DNA of 64,000 nt. It comes from a virus. A program made the translations under genes and the position numbers. The stretch lies in the IMG/VR virus record IMGVR_UViG_3300014202_001521, positions 2,931-66,930 of that record; one strand, written 5' to 3'. Positions 1 through 8,826 of this stretch are shown here, piece by piece. Under the pieces are notes generated by a model. That model saw only the letters and a list, made by a program, of their open reading frames with translations, made no database searches and had not been told where the DNA came from. Each line of letters begins with the position of its first letter. Position 1 is the stretch's first letter.

Positions 1-237
1 CTTAAGGATATCAGGTGCCTCGCCACTATGATTGGACAGCTTGTAAACCTGCTGCCAATACTTGGCGTCACACTCGTTCAAAGAAACAGTTTCTTTACCA
101 GTCTTGCGGACATTACCGAAATAATCAGTCTGATATACCTGTGGGTTAATTTCCTGCTCTTTTGGCTCAGTTGGGAAAATTCCCTTCTCCTGCGCCTTAT
201 CCCACACGTCCATCCATTTTTCTAATTCAGCGTTCAT
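1..237 (-). CDS. Hypothetical protein, N-terminal part (runs off window edge)
   Basis: Not in ORF track. ATG at 237 opens MNAELEKWMDVWDKAQEKGIFPTEPKEQ... with no stop before position 1. TATATA lies 5 nt upstream. Confidence 0.6.
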   Translation of the reverse strand, partial: MNAELEKWMDVWDKAQEKGIFPTEPKEQEINPQVYQTDYFGNVRKTGKETVSLNECDAKYWQQVYKLSNHSGEAPDILK

Positions 238-267
238 AAAATTATATATGAACGCTGAATTAGAAAA
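218..267. repeat. Perfect 21-bp inverted repeat (hairpin) directly after dnaE
   Basis: TTTTCTAATTCAGCGTTCATA (218-238) / TATGAACGCTGAATTAGAAAA (247-267), 8-nt loop. Confidence 0.9.
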
Positions 268-3200
268 TCATTTGATTAATTCGCCCTTTCGCAAAGGTAT
301 TACCCGAAGATCAAATGCCCGATCCTTCGGAATCAACTTGTCATACTCCCATTTCGGCCACTTCTTCGGTGCCCATAGAGTATAACGATTGAACCCCTTG
401 TCAGGTGGCTTAATCTTTAATTTAACCAATTCGCCTTCCAGTAATTCAGGGCCAAAGCGGTTCCAATCATCCTGCCAAACCTGAATGAACCCTTCCTCAC
501 CGTTAGCATCTTCCGCCTTCAAAAGCCAGTAATTCACATCCTTGTTCTTCTTGGAAGTCTGCTTAGTCACACTCTTGAGCATTACCTCAACATAGCCTAA
601 CGGCTCACCCTTTTCCTTGAATATTTCAAATGTCCTATTGCCTTCATAATCAGGACTATTTCTGATTGGGTGATGCCAGAGGAACCCATAGAACATCATT
701 TCGCATTCTTCAGCATTATTCAGCAGCTTAATAAGCTTATCTTCCACCTCTGGCACCGTACTAACTTCCGCCACCTCTCGTAGCGCCTGCTCACGCAAGA
801 ACTCATCCATCGGCGGAACAGCATCGTCAATCGTCGGCTTGGCATAATAACTGCTGTAAGAACGCTCCGCTTTCTTTTGAAGTGCCGCCAACTTCTCCAC
901 CTTCTCGTCTTCGGGAGCGTCACTGTTGGCAATTACTTCACACTCTTCAGCATTCTTAACCACGCCAGTTTCATACCTCTTCTGCCGTGCCTGCCGCTTC
1001 TCTTTGATATCCTTATACCACTTGTAATACTTGTAAAGCGTCTCTGGCTTACCATCCGAAGTAAACAACCCCAAACCAACCAACGCCTTTACAACGCTTT
1101 CATCCGTGCCAAACTTGTTCAAAAAGTCAGTGAAACCAGTGTATGGCTGACCATCCACAATCCTTTGTGCAACTCCCTCCCCAATACCCTTCACGTTCGC
1201 AAAACCAAAGTAAATCTTATCGTCAGTGATATCAAAATAGACCTTGGATTTATTCAGGTCTAATGCCTCTACTTTAATTTCATGACGCTCTGCATCCCGT
1301 TTGTACTCCTTCATCTTCTCAGCGTCCGATTCAAAATGCAAAATAGATGCAAAAAACTCAATTGGATAATGTGCCTTCAATACCAAAAGCATGAAAGATA
1401 TATAAGTATATGCTACAGCATGACTTAGGTTGAAAGCGTAGCCCGCGAAACCTTCTAGTTGCTTCCACAGCGCTTCGACTTCTTCCAGGGACCAACCAAG
1501 GGTTTTCTGGCCATTCTCAATGAATTGAATCTTATACTTTTCGAAGATATCCTTTTTCTTTTTACTGATGGCTTTAATCAAGCTGTAACAGTCTTCTAAT
1601 GGAATTTCGCCTACAGCGTGGAATATCTTCATGCACTGCTCTTGGAAGCAGATAACGCCATAAGTATTGCCAAGAATCGGCTTTAGTAGTGGATGAAGTT
1701 CGTAAGGTTTCTCACCCTTCTTACGCAATACAAACTCATCATGCTGCCCTTCACCCATCGGACCAGGACGATATAGAGCGGTAATGGCTACCAAGTCGTC
1801 AAAACTGCTAATGCCTGCTCGCTGTACTAGCTTTCTAATACCTTCGGAGTCAAACTGGAAAATACCTTTCAGGTCGGCTTCATTGGCCATCGCAATAGAT
1901 TTGGCATCATCAATGAAATTATCATCCGAGAAATCTTCTTGCCCTTCTTTAGCCCATACACTGCTCAAGCCGTGACGTTCTTTAATCAACTTGCAGGCAT
2001 AATTAATCTGGAGTAAGTTGGTAATTACCAACCAGTCCATCTTAATAAAGCCCATCGGCTGCAAGTCTTGAGTATGTAAACCTTCTGCCCATGCCGAAAG
2101 AGGTTCCCCTTCACTACCACGAACCAAAGGAACATAATTGGTAATTGGCTGGCTAGAAATAACGACACCGCCCGCGTGCTTACCTTGGCTCTTATTGCGG
2201 CCAATCATCATTTTAGCCGCTTCAGCTACGTCAGGGTTGTCATCGCAATACTTTTTCAGGTCAGGGAACATTTCCAGGGCGCTGTCCCAGGTCATTGCCT
2301 CGCCTTCGTCATCTTTCAACCCGATCTTGGTGGTGAGATTCAATATTTCATAGCGGTCCTTATCGTGGACTTTCGCCATGTCAATTAAGCTGCCCTTAAT
2401 GCCAAAGCTGTTATAACTGCCGATGTTACAGACCTTATCAGCACCAAAATATTTTGGTGCCCAATCGTTCTTGAGATAATCTCTAATCTGCCGTGGAAAG
2501 TCCACGTCAACGTCAGGCCAGTCCTTACGAGCCTTACTCAAGAATCGACTGAACAGCAAGCCGTGCTTAATCGGATTGACGTTAGTAATGCCAAGACAGA
2601 AACAAACCAATGACCCGACACCCGACCCTCGCCCTGGACCTACGGCGTTAGATGTGCCAAACATTTCCATCGAATAACGGCGGGCTTCATCGACGGCTGC
2701 TTTGAGAATTAGGAAGTAACTGGAGAATTTGAGAGCGAAAATAAGCTCAAACTCTTCCTTGAGTCGCATCTGGTATTCTTTGGTCATGGGCAAGCCACGA
2801 CGCTTAAAGCCCTGAATGACACCCTCTTTGAGTTTGTGATCGGCGTCAGGAATGACAGGGAGTTTCATAGAACGGTCGAGCGTTACATTTACCATACGGC
2901 AAATTTCGACCGTATTCTTTTTGGCTTGCTCAAATAGTTCAAGCGGGATTACGTCGCTGTAATCTGTTTCCCACTTTAGAGTTAACTCCTCTTCCGTCTT
3001 CATGGAGAGATTTGGGTCTTGCATAAAGAAGAAATCCATGTCGCCAGATTTCTCCGCTCTCTCCTTAACGTCTTTGAGAGTATATTTGGTCTGAACCATT
3101 AGCATCAAATGCTGGAACTTGCTATGCCCCGCATCACAGAAATGGCAGTCGTTGGTGAGGATTAGCGGGATGCCGTATTTCTCATGGGCTTTGATAATGA

Positions 3201-3846
3201 AAGCATCATAGGGCTTTTGCTTGACGAAATCGAGAAGCATTAACTCCAGACGGAAATCCTTGCCGAACATCGCCATGTACTTTTCGATCATAGCGAAACC
3301 AGCTTCTTCACCGCCCGCGTCAAAGGCTTGGGCGATTTCGCTCATGTAGCAACAGGAGGTAAATATAATACCTTCCTTATACTGCAAGAGTTGCTGGTGG
3401 TTCAGACGTGGGCGGTAATAAAAACCCTTGAGGTGCGCAAGGGAAGACAGAGTTACAAGATTCTGATACCCCGTGTTGTTATAGGCAATAGCAAGCAGGT
3501 GGTAACTTTTTCGTATGATCTTGGAATCTTCGGGCGACAGCGACTTGAGGTAGTCTTTCCATTCTTTTTCGTTGGTGTATTCAATTTGCAGGGGATTAAC
3601 GTATAATTCACACGCGAAGATTGGAGTGAGAGATTTATCTTTGTGGGGATCGTCTTTGTCGCCTGTGGCTTTGCAGGCGCGGACTTGCTCTGGAATGACC
3701 GCCATCATCCCGTGGTCACTGATGCAGAGATAGTCACCGTGGCCCTTCCACTTGGCAGCATATTCACTTGGAAAAGCGAAACCGTCGAGAAGTGATTTGT
3801 GTGAGTGGACATGCAAATGTTCAAAGCCTACATTTGGTCTAGTCAT
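268..3846 (-). CDS. dnaE: DNA polymerase III alpha subunit (family C)
   Basis: PHP motifs HLHVHS..SLLDG, SDHG and TNDCH; GPGRGSGVGSLV; catalytic PDVDVDF; GKHAGGVVI; IKMDWL; GIFQF; ALYRPGP; YAFNLSHA. Confidence 0.96.
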   Translation of the reverse strand: MTRPNVGFEHLHVHSHKSLLDGFAFPSEYAAKWKGHGDYLCISDHGMMAVIPEQVRACKATGDKDDPHKDKSLTPIFACELYVNPLQIEYTNEKEWKDYLKSLSPEDSKIIRKSYHLLAIAYNNTGYQNLVTLSSLAHLKGFYYRPRLNHQQLLQYKEGIIFTSCCYMSEIAQAFDAGGEEAGFAMIEKYMAMFGKDFRLELMLLDFVKQKPYDAFIIKAHEKYGIPLILTNDCHFCDAGHSKFQHLMLMVQTKYTLKDVKERAEKSGDMDFFFMQDPNLSMKTEEELTLKWETDYSDVIPLELFEQAKKNTVEICRMVNVTLDRSMKLPVIPDADHKLKEGVIQGFKRRGLPMTKEYQMRLKEEFELIFALKFSSYFLILKAAVDEARRYSMEMFGTSNAVGPGRGSGVGSLVCFCLGITNVNPIKHGLLFSRFLSKARKDWPDVDVDFPRQIRDYLKNDWAPKYFGADKVCNIGSYNSFGIKGSLIDMAKVHDKDRYEILNLTTKIGLKDDEGEAMTWDSALEMFPDLKKYCDDNPDVAEAAKMMIGRNKSQGKHAGGVVISSQPITNYVPLVRGSEGEPLSAWAEGLHTQDLQPMGFIKMDWLVITNLLQINYACKLIKERHGLSSVWAKEGQEDFSDDNFIDDAKSIAMANEADLKGIFQFDSEGIRKLVQRAGISSFDDLVAITALYRPGPMGEGQHDEFVLRKKGEKPYELHPLLKPILGNTYGVICFQEQCMKIFHAVGEIPLEDCYSLIKAISKKKKDIFEKYKIQFIENGQKTLGWSLEEVEALWKQLEGFAGYAFNLSHAVAYTYISFMLLVLKAHYPIEFFASILHFESDAEKMKEYKRDAERHEIKVEALDLNKSKVYFDITDDKIYFGFANVKGIGEGVAQRIVDGQPYTGFTDFLNKFGTDESVVKALVGLGLFTSDGKPETLYKYYKWYKDIKEKRQARQKRYETGVVKNAEECEVIANSDAPEDEKVEKLAALQKKAERSYSSYYAKPTIDDAVPPMDEFLREQALREVAEVSTVPEVEDKLIKLLNNAEECEMMFYGFLWHHPIRNSPDYEGNRTFEIFKEKGEPLGYVEVMLKSVTKQTSKKNKDVNYWLLKAEDANGEEGFIQVWQDDWNRFGPELLEGELVKLKIKPPDKGFNRYTLWAPKKWPKWEYDKLIPKDRAFDLRVIPLRKGELIK

Positions 3847-3855
3847 TATTGCCTC

Positions 3856-4263
3856 CTATTTATCTTCATACAAATAACACTTCTTACCGAGTTTCTCGGC
3901 TTTTTTGAAAGTATCCATTGTTCCATTGGCTTTGATGCCGTGGACGACAAATGCGGCTAAATAGTCGCAAAACTCAGCGATTTGGGTGTTTCTGGTGAAG
4001 AAGTTTGAAACTTTGTAGGGCTTATTATAGTTCTCGGCGGGAAGGATGCAATAACAATTGTGACTGGAATGTATCGGTGGAAACTCAACGTACTGTAACT
4101 CCATATCCAGAGCCACTTTCTTCGCCAAGAAATCTGCTCCGTGTGGACAACCTCCACTGACAACAACCAAATTGTCGCCATAACGTGAGTGGACAAGCTC
4201 TAGATATCGTCTTATTTTATTTTCGTTCTTGTATTCTCGACTGCCAACTACTGCTATTTTCAT
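3856..4263 (-). CDS. SLOG-superfamily (DUF2493/DprA-like) protein
   Basis: MKIAVVGSR, VVSGGCPHGAD, RNTQI and GTMDT motifs. Start trimmed to ATG 4263. Confidence 0.75.
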   Translation of the reverse strand: MKIAVVGSREYKNENKIRRYLELVHSRYGDNLVVVSGGCPHGADFLAKKVALDMELQYVEFPPIHSSHNCYCILPAENYNKPYKVSNFFTRNTQIAEFCDYLAAFVVHGIKANGTMDTFKKAEKLGKKCYLYEDK

Positions 4264-4270
4264 GGGATAC

Positions 4271-4585
4271 CTACATACTAAAATGAACAGCCGCACCTAC
4301 GGCCATAGCAACTATAGGTCTTATGAGAATGTAAGATAGAGAGTTGGCTAAACCAACCTCTTCACTCTTTTTATAGTCATAATAATGATATGTGATGAAA
4401 TCTAATAACACGCAGATGCCAACAGCATGAAGAATGGAGACTGGTCGTAGTCCCAAAGGGACTACGAACCACTCCCACAAATATGAAAGAACAAATCCTT
4501 CAAGCGAACTAGCAATAACAAACAGCAAGATGAAGGACCAAAACAAACCAAGTAGTTTAAGAAACTTATTCAAAACATTTTTCAT
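4271..4585 (-). CDS. Small membrane protein
   Basis: About three hydrophobic segments; ATGA-coupled to the AAA gene. Confidence 0.65.
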   Translation of the reverse strand: MKNVLNKFLKLLGLFWSFILLFVIASSLEGFVLSYLWEWFVVPLGLRPVSILHAVGICVLLDFITYHYYDYKKSEEVGLANSLSYILIRPIVAMAVGAAVHFSM

Positions 4586-5580
4586 CGCTTAAAACCCATC
4601 ATCTTATCTACATCCTCTCTGGATGAGATGCTTTCCTTCATTTGATTCAAATTTTCCAACGCTTCTGTATAGTCGTCGCCCAAAATAATAACAGCAACGA
4701 ACAATTCTTTCAAGTGTGCAATACTGAAATCTTCGGTGTCCTTGACCCACTTCTTAATGTCGATCTTCAAATCTTCTGGCTTCTTCTCCCCACAGAGATG
4801 CTTGAAATACATCGTTCTGGATTCGATATTTGGATATGGAATCTTAAACCTCTTGTCGAATCGGGACGGTCTGTTGATAATACGCGGGCCAAGCAATTCA
4901 GGATAATTCGTTGTAGCCAAGAAAACTACTTTATTAATACTCTCCACACCATCAAGGATGTTGAGAACAGGTGACTCTTCGTAATGTTCGATAATGGAGT
5001 CAATATCTTCCATCAAGACGACAATAGGAGTTGATAATTGAATCTCTCTCAATACTCTCATGCCTTCGATAAACAGGCCAGGGTTCGTAAACTTAATTAC
5101 AACACCATTACGGTCAACCACATCCTTCATTATTAGGTTGACCGTACAAGTCTTGCCACCGCCTGGCGGTCCCCATAAAATGATACCACGCTTATAAGTG
5201 ATGCCAAATTCAGTAAATAGGTTTTCACGATCCCAAAAGGTTTCAATTTCCTTTAGGACTCGTTCAGAATTGGTTTGTGGGAATCTAAGAAGACCTTCGG
5301 TACGGACGGGAATCTTCTGGAAGTATAAGCCTAGACATGCGCTGTGATGGATTTCATAAACACCAGAAGGCAATTGTTCCTTAGTAGTGCCAGCAGGGAT
5401 AAATCGCTTTCCGTCGCCTGTAGTCCACTGAGTTAACTTACCATAGTCGGCCTTATCTGCGGGGGCATCACTGCCACAGGACGGCTCACAATTACTTTCT
5501 TTATACCTGTGCCTTAGTGGGCGTCCTTTCGATGACGCCATCTTTTCATTTAATTCTTGATTCTCTCTGTTTACGACCAT
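4582..5580 (-). CDS. AAA+ ATPase (single classical AAA domain)
   Basis: KRGIILWGPPGGGKT Walker A, LMEDID Walker B, ATTNYPE...NRPSRFD second region of homology. Confidence 0.88.
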   Translation of the reverse strand: MVVNRENQELNEKMASSKGRPLRHRYKESNCEPSCGSDAPADKADYGKLTQWTTGDGKRFIPAGTTKEQLPSGVYEIHHSACLGLYFQKIPVRTEGLLRFPQTNSERVLKEIETFWDRENLFTEFGITYKRGIILWGPPGGGKTCTVNLIMKDVVDRNGVVIKFTNPGLFIEGMRVLREIQLSTPIVVLMEDIDSIIEHYEESPVLNILDGVESINKVVFLATTNYPELLGPRIINRPSRFDKRFKIPYPNIESRTMYFKHLCGEKKPEDLKIDIKKWVKDTEDFSIAHLKELFVAVIILGDDYTEALENLNQMKESISSREDVDKMMGFKR

Positions 5581-5617
5581 AAAAAAAGCCTCCTTACTTG
5601 TTATAGTAAGGAGGCTT
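5581..5617 (-). terminator. Intrinsic terminator of tmRNA; its 3' arm holds the SD of the AAA gene
   Basis: Minus strand reads AAGCCTCCTTACT-ATAACA-AGTAAGGAGGCTT, then TTTTT and ATG (5580). Confidence 0.85.
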
Positions 5618-5628
5618 CAGGTTTCCAG

Positions 5629-5984
5629 TGGAGGTGGCGGGAGTCGAACCCGCGTCCTCCTGTAGAGTCAATTAACTATCTACAGGCTTATTCTGTTGTT
5701 TAATCTAAGTCAGGTTAGAACAGCAGACAAGTCTAATCCTGACCGTTGCAACTAAATCTCGTCTTAGAACAGTTGCCGTTCTTCAGACCAGCCAAATTTT
5801 ACGTTGGACTTCCAGACGCTATTGGCATTCGCTTCTGTCGTCCACCAGCGGGGTTTAGGCCGCTAGAGCATACTCATAAGGAGTTGCGTTTAGAACATTT
5901 TGGTCGGCTTTTATAGTAGCCCGCTGACCAACTACTGCCTGCACATCAATTCACTTGCTACGGAGTCGATACCTTTTCACCCCC
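5629..5984 (-). ncRNA. ssrA: tmRNA (one-piece, 356 nt)
   Basis: 5' GGGGGTGAAAAGGTATCGAC pairs with 3' CACCTCC-A, including the G3.U alanine identity pair. T-arm GCGGGTTCGACTCCCGC. Tag ORF 5887-5855 encodes ATPYEYALAA-stop. CCA is not encoded. Confidence 0.96.
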
Positions 5985-5991
5985 GATACTC

Positions 5992-6022
5992 TATATATTA
6001 CTACAGAAAATGTTTTTGTCAA
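5992..6022 (-). promoter_or_regulatory. tmRNA promoter region (sigma70-like, overlapping TATATA)
   Basis: Minus strand TTGACA (6022-6017)-N16-TAATAT; TATATA at 5992-5997, 7 nt before the mature 5' end. Confidence 0.6.
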
Positions 6023-6051
6023 CTGGATATATACAGAAAAGGAAAAAAGCT

Positions 6052-6975
6052 ATGACATTCCAAAGATTCAAGGAATATTTGAACGATAAAGGCGACATAC
6101 AGAAGAAACCTGTGGTCAAGGCAGACGCCGATACTGGCCCTTCGGGTAAAAGTGCCCCAAAGCCACCAAAGGCACAAACAAAGGGTAAGAATTGGAAGAA
6201 TTTCCAAGTTAAAGGCGAAGCCGCACAAGTCGATGACGGCGGCGACGGCACCAAGCCAGCTGCCTATAGCGCCCCAGGCACCGATCCAGGCCAACAAACC
6301 GCCGATGGCGACAAAGGCAAAGCTGACCCTCTAAGCCAAAAGGGTGACAAGAGCCTAGTCTACAACCCAAAAACTGGCGATCAGAGCTTGAAAATGAAGA
6401 AACTCCAAGACACCAAGACGGAAACATTCCTTAATAAGACAAGAGGACTTTCAGCACAAGGTTATGCAGAGTACGTCCTAAAGCAGAGCAGCCCAAATGG
6501 TATTAAGCAAATTATTGAAACAGTAGAACTAATTAGCAAGAACGAACTTCTTGTAGAAGCTTTAGTTCGTGAGCTAAAGCGAAAAGGTGATTTTGCAACC
6601 TTGATTGAAACCGTTCTAAGTCAGCCAGAAACTTATAATGAAATCGCTGCCAGCCTAGCCAGCCCATCGAGAGGTAAGGACATTGCTCGTCAACTAGCAA
6701 AGGCTGTTAATGAAATTACAGCAGAACCAGCTTCTGATGATATCGTTCCAGAGACGCCAGCTTCAAAGAAGATGCCGCCTAATAAAGACAGCATTAACTC
6801 CAGAGGGGAACCAGTCCAACCTGAACACAATGCTCGCAGGGCTAAGACAGTTAAGGGCGTTCCAGCGGAAGATGGTAATATCATGCAGAGCATGATGCGT
6901 CCAGAACACACACTAATTGAAGCCCTAGCCAACTATAAGTCAATCAGAATGGCCATGAAAAAGTTGGTAGATTAA
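6052..6975 (+). CDS. Hypothetical protein, putative virion/head internal protein
   Basis: Starts MTFQRFKEYLN; low-complexity K/P/D-rich N-terminal half; TATATA at 6028-6033 and AAGGA upstream. Confidence 0.7.
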   Translation: MTFQRFKEYLNDKGDIQKKPVVKADADTGPSGKSAPKPPKAQTKGKNWKNFQVKGEAAQVDDGGDGTKPAAYSAPGTDPGQQTADGDKGKADPLSQKGDKSLVYNPKTGDQSLKMKKLQDTKTETFLNKTRGLSAQGYAEYVLKQSSPNGIKQIIETVELISKNELLVEALVRELKRKGDFATLIETVLSQPETYNEIAASLASPSRGKDIARQLAKAVNEITAEPASDDIVPETPASKKMPPNKDSINSRGEPVQPEHNARRAKTVKGVPAEDGNIMQSMMRPEHTLIEALANYKSIRMAMKKLVD

Positions 6976-7228
6976 GGTTAAAAGTCATTTGGACACCAGG
7001 CAATAGGATCATCCAAAAGACACAGTGAAAAAATATTAAAAGTACAGTGCCAAGCAATATATCAAGCATGGCACTGTACTTTTTCCCTTTTTTATCATAC
7101 TCTGGATCGTAATTCAACAGAAAGTTAATACCACAAAACAGAAATCTAAGCCCACCAGCAAACGGCATCACAACAAACTGAAAAAAGAAAAGAACCATCA
7201 CAAGGATGAGCCAAATGTTTATGTCCAT
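6944..7228 (-). CDS. Small membrane protein at end of prkA operon
   Basis: Hydrophobic 94 aa; overlaps the spoVR stop. Confidence 0.5.
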   Translation of the reverse strand: MDINIWLILVMVLFFFQFVVMPFAGGLRFLFCGINFLLNYDPEYDKKGKKYSAMLDILLGTVLLIFFHCVFWMILLPGVQMTFNLNLPTFSWPF

Positions 7229-8826
7229 GTCTTTTCATAATCTTCTCTGGTAACTAATGCAACATCTTTTTGCGGGTCATTACCCACACAAACATAAACA
7301 TACTCATCATTATCTTTGTCCTTGGTAGCCAACATAACCTCTTTGCCCCAAAGATAATGAATCGAAGTCAACACCGACCTAGCATAAGGATCATACAAGT
7401 TACGATCATCTAGCTCATTCTTGTAGTGCTGTAGCAGTAAGTAGTTCTTGTTTCTATGGTTAGGATCAGAAATTCGGATATCAGGCAGCCCACCGTTGAC
7501 GTGCTTCTGCAAAAGCTTCCGCTTGATTTTCTTGGCGTCACGGCTTTCAATCTTCCACTCACCGTTCGGGTAATGCTTATATTCAAAATACTCAAACTTG
7601 TTACAAAACTCCTGAGTGAAAAATTCGTTAATAAAAGTTACATCGTTGTAATACTTCCTCACTTCGAAGATTTTCTTTTTGCCGAGTCCAGCCTTCGTAT
7701 CCCACTCTTCCTTTTGTCGCATATTCCTGCATTCTTCGTATTCCGTGCCAAACTGACCCTTATTCCATCGTTCTTCAACGTCAAGAAACAAGTAGAATCC
7801 AGTCTTGTAAGGATTGACACTATACTTGCCGCCCAAAACACCCATCTTATGGACTGCATACTCCACAATACCCATATCATGAGCTTTCTGGCCTAATGCA
7901 CAATAGCCTTGGCGAGTCAAAAACTCATAATCCATCATCGACGCCCAACCTTCATTAATTGTCTTAGTAGCTCGCTGTGGTGAGAAATACATCGACTCCT
8001 CATACAACATGCTAATAATATCCTGCTGCCAAGGCTTTAAATGGGCATAGTCCTTAAGAAACCCGAAAATATCCTTGTCAGAAATTTGGTATAATTCTAG
8101 TTCCTTAGCCAGTTCCCGATCATCAATTCTCTTATACTCTTCGTCAATAAAACTCTTTGGATTGATCCACGGGTCCATATGGAGACGATCAGAAGCTACC
8201 TTTAACCTTCTAGGGTATTCATAATCTCTTCTGTCCTTGATGACTGGCTCACGGATTACTCTATCTGTCCAAGCCTTTGCAGGATCAATCAAGGTCTGTA
8301 TTCTAAGTACATGGTCAATAAACTCAGTTACTTTCTCACGGCCCCAACGCGAAATGTACTTACGAATACGAGCAGCATTACTGGACAGTTTGTTCATCAT
8401 ATTTTCGTCAGTTGGTGTGAAGAAAATATTGTTCTTGAAGAAGTCGTTGTGCCCTGTAGCATGGAACACTACCGTCACATTATCAAGCATCGTATTTGAT
8501 GCTAACAAGTACATAACGCATGGGTTAGTGTTTACAACAAGTTCATAAATACGATGCTGGTTGTATTCGTAACCACGTTGAAGTTCTTCGTACTGCATAC
8601 CCCAATACCAGTGCGGATAACGGTGTGGGAAGCCACCATAAGCAGCAATTTCCGACATTTCATCGTATCGCACCTTCTGGATAATGGTTGGGTAAAAGTC
8701 TAAACCATAATCCTTACATTTAACGAGTGCTTCAACAAAGACTCGCTTTTCCTCTTCTGTTAGATGGCACCCTGGAGTTGTGTCATTCCCTTCCAACAAT
8801 GCCGATCCACGCATGAATTTTGACAT
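7219..8826 (-). CDS. spoVR: SpoVR/YcgB family protein
   Basis: AYGGFPHRYPHW..GMQYE, IYELVVNTNPC, HATGHNDFFKNN, YFSPQRATKTINEGWAS, NPYKTG. Confidence 0.93.
   Translation of the reverse strand: MSKFMRGSALLEGNDTTPGCHLTEEEKRVFVEALVKCKDYGLDFYPTIIQKVRYDEMSEIAAYGGFPHRYPHWYWGMQYEELQRGYEYNQHRIYELVVNTNPCVMYLLASNTMLDNVTVVFHATGHNDFFKNNIFFTPTDENMMNKLSSNAARIRKYISRWGREKVTEFIDHVLRIQTLIDPAKAWTDRVIREPVIKDRRDYEYPRRLKVASDRLHMDPWINPKSFIDEEYKRIDDRELAKELELYQISDKDIFGFLKDYAHLKPWQQDIISMLYEESMYFSPQRATKTINEGWASMMDYEFLTRQGYCALGQKAHDMGIVEYAVHKMGVLGGKYSVNPYKTGFYLFLDVEERWNKGQFGTEYEECRNMRQKEEWDTKAGLGKKKIFEVRKYYNDVTFINEFFTQEFCNKFEYFEYKHYPNGEWKIESRDAKKIKRKLLQKHVNGGLPDIRISDPNHRNKNYLLLQHYKNELDDRNLYDPYARSVLTSIHYLWGKEVMLATKDKDNDEYVYVCVGNDPQKDVALVTREDYEKTWT

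Noticed and set aside
268-3846. Intein or intron in dnaE (also checked recA, helicases and thyX)
   Set aside because: No intein C-terminal HN-C/S/T junction or LAGLIDADG pattern seen. Lengths are normal and frames are continuous.
5629-5660. tRNA gene or integration attachment site
   Set aside because: It is the 3' tRNA-like domain of the tmRNA. I saw no duplicate copy or integrase in the window.
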